This document shows, piece by piece, positions 15,638 to 24,341 of a stretch of DNA of 64,000 nt (its first letter is position 1; every line of letters begins with the position of its first letter). The notes under the pieces are model-generated. The model made no database searches, was not told the DNA's origin, and saw only the letters and a list, made by a program, of their open reading frames with translations. Position numbers and translations under genes: made by a program. The stretch comes from a virus: the UHGV virus genome UHGV-1367859; one strand, given 5' to 3'.

Positions 15638-15709
15638 TTGCCTCATGGTGTAATGGTTAGCACAGAGGACTCTAAATCCTTTGGTCTCTGTTCGAGCCAG
15701 AGTGGGGCG
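15638..15709 (+). tRNA. amber suppressor tRNA, anticodon CUA (tRNA-Sup(CTA), probably Gln-derived)
   Basis: TGCCTCA-TG-GTGT-AATGGTTA-GCAC-A-GAGGA-CTCTAAA-TCCTT-TGGT-CTCTG-TTCGAGC-CAGAG-TGGGGCG-A. The loop has U33, anticodon CTA and A37. The D arm and 5' acceptor match tRNA-Gln(TTG) at 11559. Confidence 0.8.
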
Positions 15710-15725
15710 ACTAACTTTAATCACA

Positions 15726-15875
15726 ATGAATAAGGAAGCTTTAAAATGGTTTATGTCCAATGTAATGCTCTAGCTAGAGCAGATTGACAAAGAGGTAAGT
15801 AACTCACTGTTGCAGGATGAACAGTTTGTTCTTGATTTTTATGATAAATTAAATGAAATAAGTGTTAGAAAATAA
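15726..15875 (+). CDS. small ORF (49 aa) with one in-frame TAG
   Basis: ATG ... TAA in one frame, directly 3' of the suppressor tRNA. Below the track's length cut-off. Confidence 0.2.
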
Positions 15876-15888
15876 AAAAAATATAATT

Positions 15889-16032
15889 ATGGAACAGGTA
15901 AAGATACCACACCCTATTGCTAGGATGGTGCTAACACAGACTAAAATTATTCTTAATAGCCCCAACAACCAAGACAAAGAGTGGCTCAAAACTTTTAAAG
16001 AAGAACTTAATAAACTTATTAATCCTGAGTAA
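15889..16032 (+). CDS. small ORF (47 aa)
   Basis: ATG ... TAA. Below the track's length cut-off. Confidence 0.2.
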   Translation: MEQVKIPHPIARMVLTQTKIILNSPNNQDKEWLKTFKEELNKLINPE

Positions 16033-16043
16033 TCTTTAGGAAA

Positions 16044-16116
16044 GCTTCCTTAGTTCAGCTGGTAGAACTACTGTTTTGTACTCAGTATGTCAGGGGTTCG
16101 AGTCCTCTAGGAAGCT
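16044..16116 (+). tRNA. tRNA-Thr(TGT)
   Basis: Acceptor GCTTCCT/AGGAAGC, D arm GTTC-AGCTGGTA-GAAC, anticodon stem ACTG/CAGT, loop TTTGTAC, T arm AGGGG-TTCGAGT-CCTCT. Confidence 0.65.
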
Positions 16117-16125
16117 CAAGTAAGT

Positions 16126-16196
16126 GCAGGATTAGTTTAATGGTAAAATGCCACTCTTCCAAAGTGGATTTGGGGGTTCGATTCTCCTATCCTGCT
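16126..16196 (+). tRNA. tRNA-Gly(TCC)
   Basis: Acceptor GCAGGAT/ATCCTGC, anticodon stem CCACT/AGTGG, loop CTTCCAA, T loop TTCGATT. Confidence 0.7.
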
Positions 16197-16202
16197 CTAT
16201 AT

Positions 16203-16275
16203 TGTGGGGTGTTAGCAGTGGTAGCTAGTCAGGCTCATAACCTGAAGGTCGGAGGTTCGAGTCCTCCTCCCGCAA
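16203..16275 (+). tRNA. tRNA-Met(CAT) (Met, fMet or Ile2 not resolved)
   Basis: Acceptor TGTGGGG/TCCCGCA, D arm TAGC..GCTA, anticodon stem TCAGG/CCTGA, loop CTCATAA, T arm GGAGG-TTCGAGT-CCTCC. Confidence 0.65.
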
Positions 16276-16290
16276 CTAAATCGAAATATT

Positions 16291-16452
16291 ATGGGAGAAG
16301 ATATGTATAAGAACGGAAAGATAATGAATGCTGTTGAAGCTCAGACTATCAGGGAGCTAGCAGATTTTGCCAATGATTATAAGATACCTAGGGAGGATGT
16401 GGTTTCAATCCTTCCTTCAAGAGAAGGATATGTAATGGTTTACTACTATTGA
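16291..16452 (+). CDS. small ORF (53 aa)
   Basis: ATG ... TGA, placed between the last tRNA and the next gene. Confidence 0.25.
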   Translation: MGEDMYKNGKIMNAVEAQTIRELADFANDYKIPREDVVSILPSREGYVMVYYY

Positions 16453-16691
16453 ACAACATGGAAGAGAACAAAGAGAATGTAAAGGAACTCACACTACTTA
16501 GGTTTGAGGCAGTGTCAAAGTTCAAATCTGTAAAGAGGGCTTGGAGAAGAGGTCATGTTTCAATTTATGGGTTCATTTACCCAAAGAGACCTTTCAATAA
16601 CAGGACATCAAGAAAGAACAGCAGGCCCTTTAATGAACTTAGAAAGGAGATATATGGGCAACTCAGAGATAAAGGCAGACTTGCAGTCTAA
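16449..16691 (+). CDS. hypothetical protein
   Basis: The track ORF starts at TTG. ATG 16458 is the more likely start. Basic 80-aa protein with a TAA stop. Confidence 0.35.
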   Translation: MNNMEENKENVKELTLLRFEAVSKFKSVKRAWRRGHVSIYGFIYPKRPFNNRTSRKNSRPFNELRKEIYGQLRDKGRLAV

Positions 16692-16878
16692 ATATAATAA
16701 TGAACCAGTATTCTATTGCAAACATTGCCTATCTCTTAAAATAAGAGATGCTGGTCTTCCTGACCTACTTTACTGTGATGACTGTGGCTCAGCTGATGTC
16801 CTTTCAACAAGTATAGAAGAATGGGAGAAGATGTACAAAGAGAAATATGGATTTAAGTTTTTAGATAAGGGTTTATAA
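16555..16878 (+). CDS. zinc-ribbon protein
   Basis: CxxC ... CDDCG pairs (YCKHCLSL ... YCDDCGSA). The likely start is the internal Met at about 16653, after the previous stop. Confidence 0.35.
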   Translation: MFQFMGSFTQRDLSITGHQERTAGPLMNLERRYMGNSEIKADLQSKYNNEPVFYCKHCLSLKIRDAGLPDLLYCDDCGSADVLSTSIEEWEKMYKEKYGFKFLDKGL

Positions 16879-16890
16879 TACAAAATAAAA

Positions 16891-17190
16891 ATGGAAGAGA
16901 AGAATGAAAAAATGGCTGAACAGCCTACGAGATTTACTTATGAACAACTTGAGCAGATTGCAAGTAATCTAAGCACTCAGGTACAACAGCTCGGAGCAAG
17001 GCTCCAGGAAGCTAATATGTTCAATATGTTCAAGAGACTGGACTACTGCTTCAAGGTACTTGAAGTTGCTCCTACTCTGTCTGCTGCTATGTTTAGCCCT
17101 GATTTTGTAGAAAGATGTGCCAAGGAAATTGAGGAACTTATGACTCCTCCTACTCCCACACCTACAGAGGAAGAACTTGAAAAGGAGTAA
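16891..17190 (+). CDS. hypothetical protein
   Basis: 99 aa ORF with a TAA stop. Confidence 0.4.
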   Translation: MEEKNEKMAEQPTRFTYEQLEQIASNLSTQVQQLGARLQEANMFNMFKRLDYCFKVLEVAPTLSAAMFSPDFVERCAKEIEELMTPPTPTPTEEELEKE

Positions 17191-17195
17191 AAGCT

Positions 17196-17579
17196 ATGAT
17201 GGGGAAAATGAACAATGTTATTAGAATCCCCACTTCATTAAGCACAGGTTTCTTTAGATTTTGGTTTGAGTTCCTTAGACCTTTTCACAATCTTACTGAC
17301 AGAGAGATGCAGGTAGCTTCCTCCTTACTTAAGAGGAGATATGAGCTTAGTAAAGTCATCCATGATGAAGACATCCTTGATAAGGTTGTGATGAGTGAAG
17401 ATACAAAGAAAGTAGTGAGAGAGGGGTGTAACATCTCTCTCCCCCACTTTCAAGTAATAATGGGGAAACTCAGAAAGAACAAGGTCATCCTTGAGGGCAG
17501 AATCAATCCAAAGTTCATTCCAAACCTCACAGAAGAACAAGGTTCTTTCAGGTTACTTCTTAATTTTGAACTCAGCTGA
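17196..17579 (+). CDS. hypothetical protein
   Basis: 127 aa. The TGA stop overlaps the next ATG as ATGA. Confidence 0.4.
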   Translation: MMGKMNNVIRIPTSLSTGFFRFWFEFLRPFHNLTDREMQVASSLLKRRYELSKVIHDEDILDKVVMSEDTKKVVREGCNISLPHFQVIMGKLRKNKVILEGRINPKFIPNLTEEQGSFRLLLNFELS

Positions 17580-17851
17580 TGAACTACAATGACCTTGTAA
17601 CTCAATTATCTAAAGAACTTAACTTACCACCTAGAGTAGTGGATAAAGTATACAAGTCTTATTGGAAGTTTATAAGGGATTCTATTCAAGGACTACCTCT
17701 TAAAGAGGATATTTCTGAAGAGGAGTTTCAGAAACTAAGGACAAACTTCAATATACCCTCTCTTGGTAAGTTATCATGTACTTATGATAGAGTTAAAAGG
17801 GTAAAAGAAAGATATAAATACATAAGAAATTTAAGGGAGAAGAATGATTAA
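17579..17851 (+). CDS. hypothetical protein
   Basis: 90 aa ORF. Confidence 0.4.
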   Translation: MNYNDLVTQLSKELNLPPRVVDKVYKSYWKFIRDSIQGLPLKEDISEEEFQKLRTNFNIPSLGKLSCTYDRVKRVKERYKYIRNLREKND

Positions 17852-18266
17852 AGTAAAGAAAATAAAGCCAATGTTCACTGCTCTCATTACAACAATGGAC
17901 TTGTATGAGACAGACTCTCTCACTTCTGGAGGTATCATTGACTCTACAAAGCAGAAAGGTACTGTAAAGGAGTATCAGAAGGTAGTTGCAGTTGGTGACT
18001 CAGTCAGAGGTATCAAGGCAGGTGACTTGGTTTGCATAGATGCTACAAGATTTGCCGTAAAGAAGCATAAAGATAACTCAATAAAGACTGACATTGAAGG
18101 AGGCAATCCAATCCTTGAATACAGGTTTGATATTGTAGAGATGGATGGTAAGAGTTACATGCTTCTTCAAGATAGAGATATTCAATTCATTATTGAAGAG
18201 TATGATGAGATTGAGGAACCTAAGAAATCCAATCTGGTAACAGCTCCTCCTGACATCATAATCTAA
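17844..18266 (+). CDS. GroES-like co-chaperonin (Cpn10 fold)
   Basis: IKPMFTALITTMDLYETDSLTSGGIID ... KGTVKEYQKVVAVGD ... IKAGDLVCID ... YMLLQDRDIQFIIEE follows the GroES pattern (IxPLxDRV ... SGGIxL ... GxVVAVG ... VKxGDxV ... ILAIVE). Confidence 0.4.
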   Translation: MIKVKKIKPMFTALITTMDLYETDSLTSGGIIDSTKQKGTVKEYQKVVAVGDSVRGIKAGDLVCIDATRFAVKKHKDNSIKTDIEGGNPILEYRFDIVEMDGKSYMLLQDRDIQFIIEEYDEIEEPKKSNLVTAPPDIII

Positions 18267-18272
18267 TAATCT

Positions 18273-18313
18273 AAGCCTGTATAGATTAAGTTCTGTACAG
18301 GCTATTTTTTTTT
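18273..18313 (+). terminator. Rho-independent terminator
   Basis: agcctgta ... tacaggct hairpin followed by atttttttttt. Confidence 0.7.
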
Positions 18314-18316
18314 GAT

Positions 18317-18982
18317 ATGTACACAGTATATAAACACACCAATAAAGTTAATGGCAAGGTCTACATAGGTCAGACCTCTTTTAATGTGGGAAAGAGATGG
18401 AAAGAGGGGAGAGGATACAAAACAGGTATCTTTAAGAGAGCCATAGAAAAGTATGGGTGGGATAACTTTAAGCATGATATAATAAAAGAAGGACTAACTA
18501 AAGAGGAAGCTAATCTGTTAGAGATAACCTTAATTAAAGAATATAAGGAGCTAGGCATATCTTATAATATAACTGATGGCGGGGAAGGGTCTCTTGGATA
18601 TAGGCATTCTGAAGAGACTAGAAGAAAAATGAGTGTTAAAGGCAAAGGTAAAAAGATACCTGAGCATGTTAAGCTCTTAGTAAGTTCCAGATTCAAAGGT
18701 GTTCCTCTCACAATAGAGCATAAATTAAAGATAAGTTTATCCTTACAAGGAAAGCCTAAGTCTGAAGAGGCTAAGCTTAAGATGAGACTTAATCACAGTT
18801 ATCATGACTTAATTGAAATAGTTAAATGTGATAAAGAAGGAAATATAATTTGTACATACCCATCAATAGCTGATGCAGCTAGAGATACTGGAGTTTTGGA
18901 GACTCACATATCAAGATGTGCTAGAGGTAAAAGACCATCAGCTGGAGGTTATAAATGGAAATATAAAAATGAAACTACTTAA
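18317..18982 (+). CDS. GIY-YIG homing endonuclease
   Basis: VYKHTNKVNGKVYIGQTS ... R ... YGWDNF ... E ... N ... YN ... GG, plus NUMOD-like repeats. It starts right after a terminator. Confidence 0.7.
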   Translation: MYTVYKHTNKVNGKVYIGQTSFNVGKRWKEGRGYKTGIFKRAIEKYGWDNFKHDIIKEGLTKEEANLLEITLIKEYKELGISYNITDGGEGSLGYRHSEETRRKMSVKGKGKKIPEHVKLLVSSRFKGVPLTIEHKLKISLSLQGKPKSEEAKLKMRLNHSYHDLIEIVKCDKEGNIICTYPSIADAARDTGVLETHISRCARGKRPSAGGYKWKYKNETT

Positions 18983-19511
18983 ATTTGAAGGTTATAAGGT
19001 AATCATATCTCCTGAAGCTTTAGCATTAACTCCTTTTAAGAAGATATGGAACAGGGACAGGTCTGCAAACAAAAATAGAGCAATAGCCGAGATTTCCTAC
19101 ATATATTTTATGGCTGACCCAAGAAGTGACTATCAGTACATTATAGATGAGGAAAGTAGGAAGGCTTCTATTAAGGAAGGTGAAGGCTTACCTAATGACT
19201 GGGAGCCTGATAACCTTGTACTTGAGGCAATGGAGTTCTATAAGACTTTCAAGCCAGCATCTGCATTACTTCTTGAAGATACCAGAGTGGCAGTTGATAA
19301 GCTGAGGACTCTATTGAGGGAAATAGACCTTGGTGCCCTTGATGATAAGGGTAAACCTATCTATACTCTCAATACTATCACTGCAACTATCAAGCAGATT
19401 CCTACTCTTGTGAAAGATTTGAATGAAGCTGAAGCAGCTATTGCCAAGGAAATTGCTCAGAGCAATAAGGTAAGAGGTGCTCAGGAAAAAGCAATGTATG
19501 AAGATTTGTAA
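18966..19511 (+). CDS. hypothetical protein
   Basis: The track ORF 18873.. overlaps the endonuclease. The likely start is ATG 18966 (MKLLKFEG ...). Confidence 0.35.
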   Translation, partial: KMKLLKFEGYKVIISPEALALTPFKKIWNRDRSANKNRAIAEISYIYFMADPRSDYQYIIDEESRKASIKEGEGLPNDWEPDNLVLEAMEFYKTFKPASALLLEDTRVAVDKLRTLLREIDLGALDDKGKPIYTLNTITATIKQIPTLVKDLNEAEAAIAKEIAQSNKVRGAQEKAMYEDL

Positions 19512-19920
19512 TATGACACTTGAAGATGTAATTGAATCACTTAATGTGCATATACTGAATAAAAGAAGAGACTTGCACATCTTGTCAAACAGCCAGGAAC
19601 ACCTTGTTCTACAGAGAGTTATAGAACCTCATCCTACATTTAAGTCATATAAGAGGTATGAGTTTATATTATGGGTGGTTGGTAATGATTCAAAGTATAG
19701 ATTACTTACTTTGACTAAGCAGGTTAATATGAGTGATATTCCTTCATATGCACAAGAGAGCTTTATTAAAGCTACAGAATCTGAATTTGTTACTGGGCTA
19801 TTCGGCCTTATTCTAGATGGCAAGTCTTTTAATAAAAAAGACAGAACAATACTTGAAGATATTATCTATGGAGAATACCTCGGCTATGGAGATGAATGTG
19901 TACTAGACCCCCTTGACTGA
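19477..19920 (+). CDS. hypothetical protein
   Basis: 147 aa with a TGA stop. The start is uncertain. Confidence 0.3.
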   Translation: MLRKKQCMKICNMTLEDVIESLNVHILNKRRDLHILSNSQEHLVLQRVIEPHPTFKSYKRYEFILWVVGNDSKYRLLTLTKQVNMSDIPSYAQESFIKATESEFVTGLFGLILDGKSFNKKDRTILEDIIYGEYLGYGDECVLDPLD

Positions 19921-22900
19921 AGAACTCCTTGGGTCTTTACCTGAGGAAGTCAAGGAGGAGTTATTGGACACTATAAATAGTGTAGAACTTATAAAAAGAC
20001 TTATCTCTCCTAATAGGGTATATGCTAAGGATAGACCAAGAGATGAGCAAGGAAGGATTATAGTAGACCTTGCCAATCCTCATATACTTGAGGATATGGA
20101 TTATTTCAGACAACCAGCCTTACACTTTATGAAGCATGGCTGCTATACTTTTCTAAGACCAAATTCTAATCCTAACAGTGAATACAGAAAGCACTGGGAT
20201 GAGGAGATGAGGAGATGTAGAGAGGGTTATGTAAGGGAGAGTGATGGAGAATGGGTCACAGGATTCCTTTATTGGTTTCTTAATTACTGTCCCATGATGG
20301 TAAATAAGGTAATTTCTGGCACAAGGAAAGCTGTCAGAGTTGAGTCTTTCCCCTTCTTCTTTGAAGGAATCTATTGGAGATTTCACTATCTTCATCAAGC
20401 AAGAGAGGCTGGTAAACATGCCATAGAACTTGCAAAGAGAGGTTGTGCAAAGTCATATAGTCTTGCAAGTATAATGTCTCACAACCTTATACTTGGTGAA
20501 TCTACTGAAGTAAAGAGGAGGGTTATTACTGTACTTACTGCTTATCAGAAAGAGTATCTTAGTGACAGTAAGGATGGCACACTCTCTAAGTTCAAACCTG
20601 GAATTAACTTCTCCTTCAAAAATACTCCATTCCCTAGGCTCATGTTAAAGAACTCTCCTAATGAGATGGCATGGCAGATGGGCTACAAGGATGAGTTTGG
20701 TATTGAAAGTGGGTCATTGAATCAGGTGCTTGCTGTTTCTGCAAAGGATGACTCAGAGAAGTTAAGAGGTAAGAGAGGTTGGATTCTATTCGAGGAGATG
20801 GGTTCTTTTAAGGGACTTCTATCCCTGTATGACATCACAAGAAAATCTGTAGAAGATGGTGACTATACATTTGCTACAATGTACCTTGTAGGTTGTGTAT
20901 GTGCTGGTACTAAGGTATGGACATTAGATGGCAGGAATATCAATATAGAGGATTTAAAGAGAGAGGATGGTATCATAGGATTTACAGACTCCTTTGAGTC
21001 AGGTACTGAACCTAATATTCGCCTCACAAGAGGGATTACCAAAGAACCTATAATGAGTTCTATAAGTATTGCTAAAAAACCATGTGTACTTATTAAACTG
21101 AGTAATGGAAATGAACTTAGATGCTCTACAGACCATCCAATTCTTACTCAGAAACAAAGAATGAATCATAATGGGTCTATAAGGTATTATGAAGAAGTAT
21201 TCAAAAATGCTGGAGCTTTAAGTGTAGGAGATAGAATTATAGAGAGTAGGGAAGTTCCAATATTTGGGACAGATACCATGTTTGACCCTAGATTAGTAGG
21301 TATGCTTATTGGAGATGGTTCTTATGGATTAAGGCAATCCCCCAAGTATAGTTCTGAGGATAAAGAGCTTTTAGACTATGTAAAGCATAGATATGAATGG
21401 TCATTATCTGCTACTCATATTACCAAGAAAGGAAAAATATACGAGGATATAAGAATTAAAGGTATTTGTAATAAATTAAGAGAATTAGGTATTTAGGGGC
21501 AAGTAAAATCCAATAAAAGGCTTCCTATCAACTATTAGACTCTTACAAGAGATGATACCTCACTATTGCTATCTGGATTATATGATACTGATGGTAGTAT
21601 AAGCTTTAATAGAGACGGATATATATCTTTAACTCAAAGCAATAGGAAAATATTAGAGCAAGTTAAAGTACTGTGGAGAAAATTTGGAGTAGTTGGCACT
21701 ATTGTGGAGACCAAGCCAAAACTATGTTCTGATAGGAAAGATAGAAATTCTTGGTTTACTCTATCTATATCAGGGAGACATAATTGTACAAGAGTGTGTG
21801 GTGTGCTTCAACTTCTTGTTCCACACAAGAGAGATTGCCTTAAAAGGATAATGGACTATTATAATAGCAATCCGAGTATGAAGGCTCAAAAATATCCAGA
21901 GGATATAATAGTTCACAAAGTTACTTCTGTAGAAGAGATAGGTGAACAAGAAGTATATAATTTAACTGCTGGATTAAGTCATACCTACTTGGCTAACAAT
22001 ATAGTAACTCATAATACTGCTGCTGAGGATGAGTCAGACTTCAGTTCGGCAAAAACTCTTCTTTACAATCCAGATGGTTACAATATTCTGGCTATTGAGA
22101 ATGTCTATGACAGACCTAAGCAAGGAAAGCCTACCTTTGGATTTTTCTTTCCTTCTTATGTAAATAGGGCAGGATGTTACAACAAGGATGGTGTTTCTGA
22201 TGTAACAAAGGCTCTCATAGAAATTCTGTTGGCAAGACACAAAGCTAAATATTCTGCTGACCCTAAGTCAGTATTAAGAGTTATTGCCGAGGACCCAATT
22301 ACACCAGCTGAAGCTATCATTAAAGTGAAGGCTGCCTACTTTCCTACAGTAGCTCTTACTGAGAGATTGGCTCAACTTGACTCAGACCCTCATGCTTTTG
22401 ATGATGTTTACATAGGTAATCTTGCCCTAGCAAGTGGTAATAAGGTAGAGTTTAGAATAGGTAATGATGTGCCTATCAGAAAGTATGGAGTTGACAATTC
22501 AACAGTAGGTGCTATTGAGATATTTGAAATGCCTGAGAAACAAGCAAATGGGGATGATTTCAATATGAGATATATTATAGGCCATGACCCTGTGGATAAT
22601 GATTAGGCAGAGTCTTCTTCTCTTTCTTCAACCTTTGTACTTGACCTGTTTACTGACAGAATTGTAGCAGAATACACTGGTAGGCAGGCATTTGCAGATG
22701 ATAACTTTGAGATAGTAAGAATGCTGTGTCTATTCTATAATGCCAAGTGCATGTACGAGGCTCATCCATATAGTCAGTCTGTACCAACACCAAATGGTAT
22801 GAAACTGTGGAAGGATGTTAAAATAGGGGATAAACTGTTTTCCCCCACAAAGGGTGAAGTAACAGTAACTAATATACCAGTTGATGAGTACATGCCTATA

Positions 22901-24241
22901 TATAAGGTTAAATTAGCTGATGGCAGAATTGTAGAAGCTAGTAATAATCATATATGGCTAGTATATAAAGGAACTTCTAGAACTCCTATCGAAATTACTA
23001 CAGAAGAAATGCTTAGGTCAGGGTTAATAACTAAACACAAGCAACATAAGTTTTTTATACCTGAGCATAATGGGGTTGATTATAGTTATAAAGAATTGCT
23101 CATAGACCCCTATACTATGGGTTTATTGCTTTCTGAAGGGAGTCTAACAGGAGGTCATTGTGGCAAAAATTATGTACAGATGTCCTCTTCTAGGGAAGAT
23201 ATGGATTTCTACAAAAAGAATATCCCATATAGAGTTAACTATATTGGTAACAAGGGGTACTCTTGGCATATTTATATTCCAGGATGTAGAGATATAATGA
23301 CTAAATATGGGTTATATGGAGCTACAAGTCACACTAAGTTCATTCCAAATGAATATCTTTTCAGTAACTATGTTCAGAGAATGGAACTACTGAGGGGAAT
23401 AATGGATGGAGATGGGTGTGCCAGAACTAGGGGGGCTAGTGTATTTATTACATGCTCACAGTCACTTGCAAATAATGTATTATCCTTAGCTAGAAGTTTA
23501 GGGATGAAAGCATGGCTTCAGACTCCTAAAGAAGGGGTATATAGAGTGTTGATATCTTCCATATATAAGATATTCAAACTCCCTAGGAAAGTAGTGGAGC
23601 AACATACTTATAAGCCTTATAGTAAAGGAAGTAGAGCCTCAGCTATATTAGGAAAGACTGCGATAGATAGTATTAAATATTCTCACATGGAAATGGGCAA
23701 ATGTGTCACTGTAGACTCAGATGATGGACTATATATGATAGGAGATTATGTAGTAACTCATAATTGTAATAAGAAAGGACTATATGCCTATTTCAATAAA
23801 ATGAATTGCACACACCTACTGGCAGATACTCCTGAATATTTAAGAGACAAACAGATGATTAAGTATTCTGCCTTTGGCTCAAATGCAAAAGGTATCAATG
23901 CGAATGCTACTATCAACAATTATGCTAATAACCTGATAAGGGATTGGCTACTTCAGCCAGTTCCAACTATAATAAAGGAGGATGGAGAAGAGAAAGAGGT
24001 CAATATTCCAAGGCTCTATTCTCTAAGAAATAGAGCATTACTTGAAGAGTTAATTTCCTACACTCCTGAACTTAATGTGGATAGAATCAGGGCATTAGGT
24101 ATGGTTATGCTGTATAGACAAGAGAAGATTATACTGTATAGAGATAATCTTAATGCTAAGGCACAGGAGGAAGTCAGTAGTTCATACTTAGGCAATGATT
24201 CTTTCTTCCAAAGGAATTACTCCCAAGGGTATATACAGTAA
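19913..24241 (+). CDS. terL: terminase large subunit (TerL) interrupted by two inteins; three in-frame TAG codons
   Basis: Track ORFs 19913..21496, 21566..22606 and 22721..24241 share one frame and are joined through TAGs at 21494, 21536 and 22604. The C-terminal extein after the second intein is TerL-nuclease-like. It ends at TAA. Confidence 0.65.
20894..22015 (+). mobile_element. intein 1 (374 aa) with double-motif LAGLIDADG homing endonuclease
   Basis: It begins CVCAGTKVWTLDG (Hint block A). The LAGLIDADG motifs are LVGMLIGDGSYG and LLSGLYDTDGSIS. It ends VYNL ... IVTHN followed by the extein Thr. Two in-frame TAGs fall inside it. Confidence 0.65.
22760..23764 (+). mobile_element. intein 2 (about 335 aa) with LAGLIDADG endonuclease; N-terminal boundary approximate
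   Basis: The C-terminus GDYVVTHN followed by Cys (N at 23762-23764) is well defined. The LAGLIDADG motifs are MGLLLSEGSL and LLRGIMDGDG. Block A is VPTPNGMKLW ... IGDKL. The first residue could be Ala (22760) or Cys (22748). Confidence 0.5.
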
Positions 24242-24309
24242 ATTTAGCAAAAAAGAGTACTAAGACTTAATATTTTACTTATGGGCTTGCACAAGTTAAA
24301 GGTTTTGCT

Positions 24310-24317
24310 TACCTTTG
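24310..24317 (+). promoter_or_regulatory. -7 promoter box TACCTTTG
   Basis: ttttgcttacctttgcag, 24 nt upstream of the portal ATG. Confidence 0.5.
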
Positions 24318-24341
24318 CAGCACATTTAAGTTGAAGAATAT

